Notes under the pieces: generated by a model
Database searches by the model: none
Seen by the model: only the letters and a program-made list of their open reading frames with translations
What the model was told of the DNA's origin: nothing
Shown: positions 28,050 through 37,511 of the stretch, piece after piece
Layout: each line of letters begins with the position of its first letter
How positions within the stretch are numbered: the first letter of the stretch is position 1
Made by a program: the position numbers and the translations under genes
IMG/VR virus record: IMGVR_UViG_3300022227_000002
Location: 20,088 to 84,087 of that record
Direction: 5' to 3' (one strand)
Source of the DNA: a virus
Length of the DNA: 64,000 nt

Positions 28050-29513
28050 ATGGCATATTTAGTTAACAAATACGACGGGACTTTACTTACAACTGTAGCA
28101 GATGGTACTATAGACCAGACTACAGACATCAAATTTATAGGTAAAAACTACGCTGGATACGGTGAAATTCAAAATGAGAACTTCTTACATATGTTGGAAA
28201 ACTTCTCAGGAGCGACTTCACCATCAAAAGCGGTTAGTGGACAACTTTGGTTTGATAGTGCAAATAGCAAATTAAAGTTTTATGATGGTACAAAATTTAG
28301 AACAACAGGTGGAGCAGAAGTAGATGCCTCAGCTCCTACAGGTTTAACTACTGGAGATTTTTGGTGGGATACTGGAAATGATCAATTATATGCTTGGAAC
28401 GGAGCAGGATTTGTTTTAGTAGGTCCACAAGGTGTAGGATCAGTTGTTACTCAGTTCAAAAGTAGAACTGTTAAAGATACATTAAACGCAAATCATTTAA
28501 TTATAGAAGGTGTTGTTAATGACAAAACAATAATTGCTATAAGTCAAACAGAATTTACACTAGGTACTTCAGATCCAAATAATTTAATTACAGGTTTTGA
28601 TAAAATTAGAAAAGGAATTACTCTTGTAGACACAAAAGACGCTACAAACGGTACTACATCAACAGATCATTATTTCTGGGGTAGTGCATCTAACTCTTTA
28701 AGATTAGGTGGAAAACTTGCCAGCGATTATCTAACTACCGGTAGTGGAACAACAACGTTTAGTGGAATTGCATCTTTTGTAGATGCTGGTTTTACAGTAG
28801 GTGATAGTAATGACCTTAGAGTATCAATTGTAAACGGTAATGAAGCTAATATATCAAACGAAGTAGGATCAAAAATAGATTTAAAAGTAAATGTTACTGG
28901 ACAAGTTACTACAATTGCAGAAGTAACAACTACAGGTATTAATCCAGGAACTGGAAATAGAAATTTAGGTGATGCGGCAGATAAATGGTTTGAAGTTCAT
29001 GCAACAAGTTTCAAAGGAAATGCAGATTCGGCATCAGGAATTTATTTTAATAATTCAACATATGCAGGAGCAACTACGGCAAGTGCATCTACAACAGCAT
29101 TAAGAGATGTCAGTGGTAATATTACTGCAAATCTTTTTGATGGTACAGCGACAAAGGCTCAATATGCTGATTTGGCAGAAATTTATGAAACTGACGAAGA
29201 ATATTCAGTAGGTACAGTTATGAGAGTAGGAGGAGATAAAGAAGTAACAGCAGATGATGGTTCAAGCCCAATGGGTGTTATTTCCGAAAATCCAGCATAC
29301 TTAATGAATAGTGAAGGCACAGGACAAGCTGTTGCTTTTGTTGGTAAGGTACCTGTTAGAGTTTTAGGCGCTATCTCCAAAGGAGATAAAGTCTATTCTG
29401 GCGAAAATGGCGTAGGAATTGGTCATGGAACCCCTGGTAATGTAATAGGAATTGCTTTAGAAACCAATCAAGAGATATCAGAAAAACTAGTCCAGTGCGT
29501 TTTAAAAGTGTAA
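28050..29513 (+). CDS. Tail fibre protein, paralog 3, with C-terminal intramolecular-chaperone/peptidase-G2-like domain
   Basis: Same N-terminal module (FIGKNYAGYGEIQNENFLHMLENF...GQLWFD); C-terminal ADLAEIYETDEEYSVGTVMRVGG...GVISENPAYLMN...VAFVGKVPVRV...GKGD-type motif. Confidence 0.65.
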   Translation: MAYLVNKYDGTLLTTVADGTIDQTTDIKFIGKNYAGYGEIQNENFLHMLENFSGATSPSKAVSGQLWFDSANSKLKFYDGTKFRTTGGAEVDASAPTGLTTGDFWWDTGNDQLYAWNGAGFVLVGPQGVGSVVTQFKSRTVKDTLNANHLIIEGVVNDKTIIAISQTEFTLGTSDPNNLITGFDKIRKGITLVDTKDATNGTTSTDHYFWGSASNSLRLGGKLASDYLTTGSGTTTFSGIASFVDAGFTVGDSNDLRVSIVNGNEANISNEVGSKIDLKVNVTGQVTTIAEVTTTGINPGTGNRNLGDAADKWFEVHATSFKGNADSASGIYFNNSTYAGATTASASTTALRDVSGNITANLFDGTATKAQYADLAEIYETDEEYSVGTVMRVGGDKEVTADDGSSPMGVISENPAYLMNSEGTGQAVAFVGKVPVRVLGAISKGDKVYSGENGVGIGHGTPGNVIGIALETNQEISEKLVQCVLKV

Positions 29514-29532
29514 ATAATTCAAAGGAATACAA

Positions 29533-30420
29533 ATGGCACTAGTAACAGCTGAAAGATACAATAATTTAAGACAAAGCGTGTTTTCTGTTTTATCAACAGG
29601 AGCAGGCGATTCTGGTTACGGACAAACTTTAACAAGTTCTACGGTATCATCAGGAAATCTAGTCCAAGCAAGTCATATCAATAACATTTACGAAGATATT
29701 AGAAAATGTTACAAACACCAAAATGGTGGCAATCCAACAGCAGGGCAACTTCAAGAAGTTCTTACTACAGATTTAGTTACAGACGACGATCAAACAAATT
29801 ATAAAGGTTGGGATCAATACGAAGCACTTGCAACAAACATATCAACAAATAGACTTACAGCTCACGTAAATCAAATAGCAGTAAACGCCTCGGCGGCTAC
29901 TAAAACTAGAAGCTCGTCTTGGAATGGTACAATTGTCCACGTTTTTACTGTTACATTTACTGATGAAGATGCTAGAAGATACTTTTTTAATTCAGGAGGT
30001 ACAATAAGAATATCAGGAAGTGTGAATACGGGTAGTGCAAAAGACAACGATTGGAATACTATGTTGTCAAGTTGTGGTACTATAGGTTTTGGTGCTAATG
30101 GCACAACTCAAACTTCAGGCAATCCGATAGGAACAGTAGCTACTGGCATGGGAAATTATCAATTAACAGCATCTTATCAAGATATATTTTCGGCAATAGA
30201 TGCTGGAGGCGGATCATATTCAGCAAACGATTTTAAAATCGAAGCCAAACTAGATGGAACTAATAAAATTTGGTTCACAATGACCTATTCAGATGATGCA
30301 GGAGGTAATATCGACGAAAATGTTGCCGATGCTACAGCTACAATTGATTATGGTTTGGCACAAACTGATGTAATTGGTATTGCTCCAGGTTTTGCAATTG
30401 ACGGAACTAGCACTCTTTAA
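29533..30420 (+). CDS. Putative virion structural protein (last gene of the tail block)
   Basis: 295 aa, Gly/Thr/Ser-rich; preceded by TAAATA (29511-29516) and an AAGGA SD. Confidence 0.45.
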   Translation: MALVTAERYNNLRQSVFSVLSTGAGDSGYGQTLTSSTVSSGNLVQASHINNIYEDIRKCYKHQNGGNPTAGQLQEVLTTDLVTDDDQTNYKGWDQYEALATNISTNRLTAHVNQIAVNASAATKTRSSSWNGTIVHVFTVTFTDEDARRYFFNSGGTIRISGSVNTGSAKDNDWNTMLSSCGTIGFGANGTTQTSGNPIGTVATGMGNYQLTASYQDIFSAIDAGGGSYSANDFKIEAKLDGTNKIWFTMTYSDDAGGNIDENVADATATIDYGLAQTDVIGIAPGFAIDGTSTL

Positions 30421-30434
30421 TACCAAAATCCTAC

Positions 30435-30463
30435 TTGATTAAATTCATAAATCCTGTTATAAT
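30435..30463 (+). promoter_or_regulatory. Sigma70-type promoter with extended -10, heading the glycosyltransferase/radical SAM operon
   Basis: TTGATT (30435-30440), 17-nt spacer, TG at 30455-30456, TATAAT (30458-30463), 14 nt before ATG 30478. Confidence 0.75.
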
Positions 30464-30477
30464 CGCAAAGAAAACGT

Positions 30478-30822
30478 ATGGAAGAAATACAACAAAAAAC
30501 CTTGCGACTTGCGGATAGATTAAAAGTCCACAATAACCAAACTAGAATACTGAAAGAAAAGTTTGTGGATTCTAATATTCATTTCCTTAAAGGTCATCAA
30601 TTTACAGTTGATTTAACATTAATCAACTATTGTAAAGGATTAATAGATTTAAACAAAATTGACGTTATTATATTAGATGATTACAAAATTCCTGTTAAAA
30701 TAGATAACGTTCAGGACTTTTTTGACGACATTTCCGACTTATATCAAAGGAATCTTAATTCTTATTGGGTAGAATACAATAAGTTAGAAAAGTCAAAAGG
30801 GGAAATATTAAAGGATGACTAA
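30478..30822 (+). CDS. Hypothetical protein
   Basis: 114-aa ORF, first gene after the sigma70 promoter; overlaps the next start. Confidence 0.6.
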   Translation: MEEIQQKTLRLADRLKVHNNQTRILKEKFVDSNIHFLKGHQFTVDLTLINYCKGLIDLNKIDVIILDDYKIPVKIDNVQDFFDDISDLYQRNLNSYWVEYNKLEKSKGEILKDD

Positions 30823-31672
30823 AGGTGTATTACTATTTGCTCATAACAATAGCCTAATAGATTATGTATCGCAGGCAATCTTTTGTTGTGAACAAATTAA
30901 AAAACATTTAAACATACCAGTAAGTCTGGTAACATCAAATAAAGTACCTCCTGATAGTATTTCCTTGTTTGACAAAATCATTCCTATTAAAAACACTAAT
31001 ACAAACCAAACAAAATCATTTCTAGACGGTTCTACAAACAAATATAATGCTTTATGGCATAACTTTTCAAGGCCTGATTGTTATGATTTAACACCTTACG
31101 ATGAAACTATTGTTATGGACACAGATTATATTGTAGGTAATGATCATCTATTAAAATGTTTTCAATCAAATGCGGACTTTTTAATTAATAAAGATGCAGA
31201 ATATATCAATTATCAACATAGAGAGGATTTATTAGATGTAGATGTAAGTGATCCTAGTATTCCTATGTATTGGGCTACTGTATTTTATTTTAAAAAGACT
31301 GATAAAATGAAAACGTTCTTTGAATTAATTAAACATATTAAAGATAATTGGTCATTTTATAGATTCACATATCAAATAATAGGACAGAATTACAGAAATG
31401 ATCATTCCTTTAGTATTGCTATTCATATGTTTAATGATTTTCAAGAAACTAATTGGCCCATGAAGCTACCAAGTAAGTTGTATTACATAACTGATAGAGA
31501 TGAAGTTATACATTTTGATGGAGATTGGGAATTAAAGTTGTCAGTTGATACAAAAGAATATTATCCGTGTAAAATTAATGGTATGAATTTACATATTATG
31601 AATAAGTTGGCGTTGGGACGTGCAATAATGTATGATCGCTGGATTAAGGAGGATCAACATGATAAAAAATAA
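30815..31672 (+). CDS. GT-A fold glycosyltransferase (GT8-like nucleotide-diphospho-sugar transferase)
   Basis: DLTPYDETIVMDTDYIV (DxD motif), YWATVFYFKK, RNDHSFSIAIH. Confidence 0.7.
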   Translation: MTKGVLLFAHNNSLIDYVSQAIFCCEQIKKHLNIPVSLVTSNKVPPDSISLFDKIIPIKNTNTNQTKSFLDGSTNKYNALWHNFSRPDCYDLTPYDETIVMDTDYIVGNDHLLKCFQSNADFLINKDAEYINYQHREDLLDVDVSDPSIPMYWATVFYFKKTDKMKTFFELIKHIKDNWSFYRFTYQIIGQNYRNDHSFSIAIHMFNDFQETNWPMKLPSKLYYITDRDEVIHFDGDWELKLSVDTKEYYPCKINGMNLHIMNKLALGRAIMYDRWIKEDQHDKK

Positions 31673-32507
31673 AGGGTATCTTATTTTTGTGCAGTCGAAT
31701 AAAAGCACAGACTACTTTAAACAAGCAGTTGCATTGTCTATGAGTATAAAATTACATAATAAAAATGCAAATGTGTGTTTGATGACTAATATTAATGTAC
31801 CTGATGAGTTAAAAAAGTATTTTAATAGTATTATAGGTATACCTGGGGACGATTATGCGGAAGAAAGCATTTGGAAAGTAGAAAATAGGTGTAAAATTTA
31901 TAATGCATCACCGTATGATGAAACAATAGTACTAGATGCTGATATGTTGGTCTTAGAAAACCTGGATCACCGGTGGAAATTTTTAGATAACTTTGATTTA
32001 TACTTTACATCGCAAGTAAAAACTTATAAAAACAAAATTGCATCATCAGACTTTTATAGAAAAGCATTTACAAAGAATAATTTACCAAATTTATATTGTG
32101 GTATGCATTATTTTAAAAAAACAAAAAATAACTTTAATTTTTTTGCTTTAGTAGAACATATAATAAAAAATTATGACATATATTACAAAAGATATACACC
32201 TATGAATACACAAAGATGGTGTAGTATGGATTTATCGGTAGCAATAGCAAGTCAATTAATTAATAATGCTAATAATATAACTTCTAAAGTAAATTTTTTA
32301 ACATTTACACATATGAAACCAAATATACAAAATTGGAAATACAAACCCAATGCTTGGATGTCTTATGTAAACTCTTATTTTGATGATGACTGTAATTTAA
32401 AAATAGGAAATTATAAACAAAACGGAATATTTCATTATGTAGATCCTGGATTTTTAACAAATGAACTATTTGATAAGTTGGAGAATAAATGCAAAGACCT
32501 GATTTAA
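31632..32507 (+). CDS. GT-A fold glycosyltransferase, paralog of the upstream gene (probable start 31659)
   Basis: NASPYDETIVLDADMLVL (DxD), NLYCGMHYFKK, SMDLSVAIA; AAGGAGG SD before ATG 31659. Confidence 0.7.
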   Translation: MIAGLRRINMIKNKGYLIFVQSNKSTDYFKQAVALSMSIKLHNKNANVCLMTNINVPDELKKYFNSIIGIPGDDYAEESIWKVENRCKIYNASPYDETIVLDADMLVLENLDHRWKFLDNFDLYFTSQVKTYKNKIASSDFYRKAFTKNNLPNLYCGMHYFKKTKNNFNFFALVEHIIKNYDIYYKRYTPMNTQRWCSMDLSVAIASQLINNANNITSKVNFLTFTHMKPNIQNWKYKPNAWMSYVNSYFDDDCNLKIGNYKQNGIFHYVDPGFLTNELFDKLENKCKDLI

Positions 32508-33088
32508 CATTTACGCCTGATATAAAAGAACAAAAATGGTATTTTAATTTTAATAAAGATACTGGACAAGTTCTTAATTGTAGTGTCATTAAAAAAGGAA
32601 ATTCTGTAGAAGTTCCAGAGTCTTTAGGACATGATATTGCTAATGGAGTAAAAAATTTATCGCAATACGTTATAATTTTACAAGACGGAAAGTATATTGT
32701 TAAATCTAAAACTGATATGGATGGGATAGCGTATGAAGTTACGTCTTCTAAAAAGACAGAAAATAGAAATGTATACAAAATAGAGTCTAATGATATAAAT
32801 GATAAAATTTCATTTAAACTAGATATGAAAAATAAACAGTGGAATATAGGTATTAATGATAATTTGGGGCAAGAGATACAAAATACTTTAGATATGTCGG
32901 AAGATATAGTTTTAGACTTTTATGTTACTAAAAAAGATGATGCTAATATATTAGATTATATATTACCAGTCAATTTAAACAATTTAATTAAACAAAAAAC
33001 ACTTACAATAGAACATAAAAGTAATAATGTCCCTTCTTTGTATTGTAGAAAACTTTATGATTATAGTTATGAGGTAGTTAATGGATAG
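32489..33088 (+). CDS. Hypothetical protein
   Basis: 199-aa ORF overlapping both neighbours within the operon. Confidence 0.55.
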   Translation: MQRPDLTFTPDIKEQKWYFNFNKDTGQVLNCSVIKKGNSVEVPESLGHDIANGVKNLSQYVIILQDGKYIVKSKTDMDGIAYEVTSSKKTENRNVYKIESNDINDKISFKLDMKNKQWNIGINDNLGQEIQNTLDMSEDIVLDFYVTKKDDANILDYILPVNLNNLIKQKTLTIEHKSNNVPSLYCRKLYDYSYEVVNG

Positions 33089-34028
33089 AATTAAAATTCA
33101 AGATTCTGATTTAGTATTTTTAAGCTATGACGAACCTAATGCTGAAAGAAATTATGCGGATTTAAAGAAAAAATTTCCTTGGGCTAAAAGAGTTCATGGT
33201 GTACAAGGATTAGATGCGGCTCATAAAGCCTGTGCAGATGTATCTGATGCAGAAAGATTTGTTACAATAGACGGTGATACTATTGTAGATAAAGATTTTC
33301 TTGATGTAGAAATAGATTTAAAAGCATTAGGCGTCGACAATACGTATATGTTTAGCTGGTGTGGCAATATTAACTTAAATGGGTTAAAATATGGCAATGG
33401 TAGTTTAAAATTATGGACAAAAGACTTTGTTAAAAATATGAAAACTCATGAAAACCATGATGGTAAAGATAAAAATTCAGTAGAGTTTTGTCATTTTCCA
33501 AACTATTATCAGTTTAATGAAAATTATTCTACAAGTTATATTAATGCTAGTCCTTTACAAGCCTGGAGATCAGGTTTTAGAGAAGGAGTAAAAATGAGCA
33601 TCGACAGAAATGCTAGAGCTCCAAGATTAAAAGAGTTGTGGTGGCAAAATTATCATAGATTGTTAGTGTGGATGTCTGTAGGTGCAGATGTAGAAAATGG
33701 ATTATGGTCAATATACGGAGCAAGAATGGGCTGTCATAAAGTTGTTTGTACTGACTGGGATATAAATCAAGTAAGAGATTTTGAATATCTTTTATCTGAA
33801 TGGCACCCAAACAAAATGGGAAGAGGAGATAATTTAAGAAAAAGTGGGCCTAAACATTCTAAGTTAAATGAAGTAGAATTAATGGCTGAAATAATAAAAT
33901 TAGGACACGAAATTAGAAATAGAGAAGAAATAGATTTACCTGTATTACCTTTGTCTACAGAACAAAGTAAGTTTTTTAAATCTGTTTATATGAATAGTCC
34001 AAGAATTTTTAAAAAAAGGAAACTATAA
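33081..34028 (+). CDS. Putative GT-A fold glycosyltransferase (family distinct from the GT8-like pair)
   Basis: LVFLSYDEPNAE...RVHGVQGLDAAHKACA...FVTIDGDTIV (DxD)...YGNGSLKLW...AWRSGFREGVK. Confidence 0.5.
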   Translation: MDRIKIQDSDLVFLSYDEPNAERNYADLKKKFPWAKRVHGVQGLDAAHKACADVSDAERFVTIDGDTIVDKDFLDVEIDLKALGVDNTYMFSWCGNINLNGLKYGNGSLKLWTKDFVKNMKTHENHDGKDKNSVEFCHFPNYYQFNENYSTSYINASPLQAWRSGFREGVKMSIDRNARAPRLKELWWQNYHRLLVWMSVGADVENGLWSIYGARMGCHKVVCTDWDINQVRDFEYLLSEWHPNKMGRGDNLRKSGPKHSKLNEVELMAEIIKLGHEIRNREEIDLPVLPLSTEQSKFFKSVYMNSPRIFKKRKL

Positions 34029-34735
34029 TGTATGATATTGTTTTTATAAGCTATAAAGAAGTTAATGCTGACAAGCACTTTAATGAATTATATAAAAGAT
34101 TTCCTATAGTTCAACGGGTAGATGGTGTACAAGGAATTCATAAAGCACATAAAACAGCCGCAAGTAAATGTTTGACAAAAATGTTTTGGGTCGTTGATGG
34201 TGATGCTAAAGTATTAGATGATTTTAATTTTGATTTTATGCCTGAAAAAAGAAATGAAAATGTAGTACACGTCTGGAGAAGTAAAAATCCAATTAATAAT
34301 TTAGAATATGGGTACGGTGGTGTAAAACTTTTACCTCGTAGATTAACATTAGAAATGAAAGAAGATACTACAGATATGACAACTAGTATTAGTAACAGAT
34401 TTAGAGCAATGGAACAAGTTTCTAATATTAGCGTATTCAATACAAATGCGTTTAATACTTTTAAATCGGCATTTAGAGAGTGTGTAAAATTAAGTAGTAA
34501 AGTAATTGATAGAGGTGATGATAAAGAAACAGATAGTAGATTAAATGTATGGTGCACTGTAGGTAAAGATAAACTTTATGGTGAATATGCAATTAAAGGA
34601 GCGTTAGCAGGAAAAGAATACGGATCTGAAAGTAAAGATTTACCAAGTAAATTAAAATTAATTAATAATTTTACGTGGTTAGAAGAATATTACAAATATA
34701 AAATGAAGGATAGTGTTTGTGGATTATCAAAATAA
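34028..34735 (+). CDS. Putative GT-A fold glycosyltransferase, paralog of the upstream gene
   Basis: IVFISYKEVNAD...RVDGVQGIHKAHKTAA...FWVVDGDA...YGYGGVKLL...FKSAFRECVK; colinear with the 33081 protein. Confidence 0.5.
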   Translation: MYDIVFISYKEVNADKHFNELYKRFPIVQRVDGVQGIHKAHKTAASKCLTKMFWVVDGDAKVLDDFNFDFMPEKRNENVVHVWRSKNPINNLEYGYGGVKLLPRRLTLEMKEDTTDMTTSISNRFRAMEQVSNISVFNTNAFNTFKSAFRECVKLSSKVIDRGDDKETDSRLNVWCTVGKDKLYGEYAIKGALAGKEYGSESKDLPSKLKLINNFTWLEEYYKYKMKDSVCGLSK

Positions 34736-35705
34736 TATACCATTTAATGATATAGTCAAATTCGGACAAAGAACTATGTTGGAACAAAACGTGTTCTCCG
34801 TTAGTTGGATACTTGGAAGATTTTGTAATTATGATTGTAGCTATTGTTGGCCTTATGCTAAAAGTAAAGTTTTAGATCATAGACCTTTAGAACAATATCA
34901 AAATACTATGAAAGAAATTAAAAGACAAGCAGAAGAAAATGGATTTAGTAAATTTCATTTTAGTTTTAGTGGGGGAGAACCAACAACATATAAAGGTTTA
35001 ATAGAATTATTAGAATATTATGCAGATCCTACTAGCGAATATCTTAGTGTTCATATGACTAGTAATTGTAGTCCAGGTCTTAAATGGTGGAGTCGTTGGT
35101 TAGATGCAACTTATCCATTGGATCGTAGAGGTATTACAGCAAGTTACCATGCAGAATTTTCTAATGAAGAAGAATTTGGAAATAAACTTAAATTTTTACA
35201 AGAACAAGGTGTATTAATAACAATTAATCAAGTTATGGTGCCTGATAGATGGGATGAGTATTTTGATAGATGTAAAAGATTTAGAGATAAAGGATTACAC
35301 GTTACTCTTAAACCCCAAAGTGACACTACAGCAAGTTTTATTGTACAAGGATATACAAAAGAACAAGTTAATATATTACAAAATGAAATGAACCATGAAG
35401 CAAAACAATTAATATTGTTTGATAATTTAGGAAAACAATATGAAATAGACCAAGCAGAAAGACTTAATGCATTTGGATTTAATAAATTTAAAGGTTGGAG
35501 TTGTAGTGCTGGATATCAAAGTTGTATTATAAGAGAACCGGGAGGAGAAATTAAAAGAGGCTACAGTTGTCATGACGAGCCATTAGGAACAATAGAAGGT
35601 GGTTTTAAATTATTTGATAAGCCTAAAGTTTGTATTACACCAACGTGTGTAAGTTCGGCTGATTCTAAAATACCAAAGGAAAAAAATGAAACTAGACAAT
35701 TATAA
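34713..35705 (+). CDS. Radical SAM enzyme (W-x5-CNYxCSYC type, paralog 1) with C-terminal Cys-rich domain
   Basis: SWILGRFCNYDCSYCW, FSGGEP, C-terminal GWSCSAG...CITPTCVSSAD. Confidence 0.85.
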   Translation: MFVDYQNNIPFNDIVKFGQRTMLEQNVFSVSWILGRFCNYDCSYCWPYAKSKVLDHRPLEQYQNTMKEIKRQAEENGFSKFHFSFSGGEPTTYKGLIELLEYYADPTSEYLSVHMTSNCSPGLKWWSRWLDATYPLDRRGITASYHAEFSNEEEFGNKLKFLQEQGVLITINQVMVPDRWDEYFDRCKRFRDKGLHVTLKPQSDTTASFIVQGYTKEQVNILQNEMNHEAKQLILFDNLGKQYEIDQAERLNAFGFNKFKGWSCSAGYQSCIIREPGGEIKRGYSCHDEPLGTIEGGFKLFDKPKVCITPTCVSSADSKIPKEKNETRQL

Positions 35706-35877
35706 GTGTATAGTGACAAAGGGTAAAAAGGAAGTGGTGTGGCATTATAGTCTACCATATAAAATGATATTAGAAGAAGTTGATGAACACTACAAAGAAG
35801 GTGCTGATGCAGTAGAATTAGAAATGATTACGCAACAAGAGTTTGATGATCTTTTACCAAAGGAAGAAGATGTATAA
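35686..35877 (+). CDS. Small acidic hypothetical protein
   Basis: 63 aa, AAGGA SD, overlaps both flanking radical SAM genes. Confidence 0.5.
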   Translation: MKLDNYKCIVTKGKKEVVWHYSLPYKMILEEVDEHYKEGADAVELEMITQQEFDDLLPKEEDV

Positions 35878-36859
35878 TTATACAGAAATAAAAGATGTGC
35901 ATTTAGAAATTACTAGCAAATGTCAAGCTAGATGTCCTATGTGTCCTAGAAGAATAGGTGGAGGTCCTTTAAATCCATTGATACATCTTGTAGAAATTAA
36001 TTTAGATACATTTAAAAAATGGTTTCCTACAGAATTTTTAATTCAATTAGATAGTTTATTCATGTGTGGTAATTTAGGAGATCCTATAATTGCTCAAGAT
36101 ACTTTAGAAATTTATCAGTATATTAGAACTGTTAATCCAAAAATTAGATTAGCTATGCATACAAACGGTAGTGCTAGAGATACAGATTGGTGGGAGGCGT
36201 TAGCTAAAGAAAAAGTAAAAATAACTTTTGGTATAGACGGTTTGGTAGATACTCATCATCTTTATCGTGTTTCTACTAATTGGGAAAAAATAATTACAAA
36301 TGCTAAAGCATTTATTAAAGCAGGTGGTTTTGCAAAATGGCATATGTTAGTTTTTAAACATAATGAACACCAAGTAGAAGAATGCCAAACAATGAGTAGG
36401 GAATTAGGTTTTAAATCTTTTAGTTATAAACACACATCAAGATTTAAAAGTGATAAATTTCATGTTATAGATGAAATGGGAAGAACAACACACATATTAG
36501 AACCAAGTAAAAAGAGTTTTGAAATGATAGATAAAATAAAAGAAGCAAAAATAACTCCTTGTGCAATAGATTGTAAAGCTAAAAAATATAGTCAAATATA
36601 TATTTCTGCAGATGGTACTGTTAGTCCTTGTTGTTGGTTAGACTTGCGATGGACAATACCTACATCAGATGCAAGAGTAGATTATATGGATCAAATAGGA
36701 GAATTTGCTAATTTACATAATAAATCTTTAAAGGAAATTTTTGATTCACAATTTTTTAGAAAAATAGAAGCCACATGGACAGATAAACCTTTAATAGAAT
36801 GTTCAAAACAATGTGGAAAATTTGATAGATTAGGAGAACAATTTGAAACTCAATATTAA
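35843..36859 (+). CDS. Radical SAM enzyme with C-terminal SPASM/twitch domain (probable start 35870)
   Basis: LEITSKCQARCPMCPR, MCGNLGDP, HTNGS; C-terminal YISADGTVSPCCW...ECSKQCG. Confidence 0.85.
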   Translation: MMIFYQRKKMYNYTEIKDVHLEITSKCQARCPMCPRRIGGGPLNPLIHLVEINLDTFKKWFPTEFLIQLDSLFMCGNLGDPIIAQDTLEIYQYIRTVNPKIRLAMHTNGSARDTDWWEALAKEKVKITFGIDGLVDTHHLYRVSTNWEKIITNAKAFIKAGGFAKWHMLVFKHNEHQVEECQTMSRELGFKSFSYKHTSRFKSDKFHVIDEMGRTTHILEPSKKSFEMIDKIKEAKITPCAIDCKAKKYSQIYISADGTVSPCCWLDLRWTIPTSDARVDYMDQIGEFANLHNKSLKEIFDSQFFRKIEATWTDKPLIECSKQCGKFDRLGEQFETQY

Positions 36860-37511
36860 AGATGTAATGTACTGGATGGATGCTATTAGGGGATCCGATG
36901 ACAAGTATAAAACATTAGAAAGTTTTTGGAAAGGACAAATATCTAGTAAAGTTTGGTTAACTGAACAACTTAATGAAATAGTTAGACCTGCTAATGCAAA
37001 TGTTCTTATATGCGGAGGATGGTATGGTGTAATGGCTACATTATTATTTAATAGCAATATTAAAGTTAATAATATTAGAAGTATAGATATTGATCCAGGG
37101 TGTAAACCAATCGCACTTAATATGAATAAACATTATGAAATTAATGGAAAATTTAAAGCAGATACTTGTGATATGTTAGACTTTAAAAATTATAAAGATT
37201 ATGATATTATTATTAATACAGTGTGCGAGCATATGTCTTGGGATCAATATTATAAATGGTTAGAGAATATACCTGAAGATAAATTAATAATTTTACAAAG
37301 TAACAATTTTATAGAACATAAAGAACATATTAGTTGTGTGCTTTCTGAAGAAGCTTTTAAAAAGAAATGTGAATTAACAAATATTTTGTATTCAGGTACA
37401 TTAGAGTTACCTAAGTATGAAAGATATATGGTGATAGGAAAAAAGAAAAGAATTTACAGATTTAATTGCAAGGAGTTGGGACAAGTATGGCGTACAAATT
37501 TGAAGCATTAA
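36843..37511 (+). CDS. Class I SAM-dependent methyltransferase
   Basis: VLICGGWYG (motif I), RSIDIDP (motif II), ADTCDM, DIIINTVCEHM. Confidence 0.7.
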   Translation: MKLNIKDVMYWMDAIRGSDDKYKTLESFWKGQISSKVWLTEQLNEIVRPANANVLICGGWYGVMATLLFNSNIKVNNIRSIDIDPGCKPIALNMNKHYEINGKFKADTCDMLDFKNYKDYDIIINTVCEHMSWDQYYKWLENIPEDKLIILQSNNFIEHKEHISCVLSEEAFKKKCELTNILYSGTLELPKYERYMVIGKKKRIYRFNCKELGQVWRTNLKH

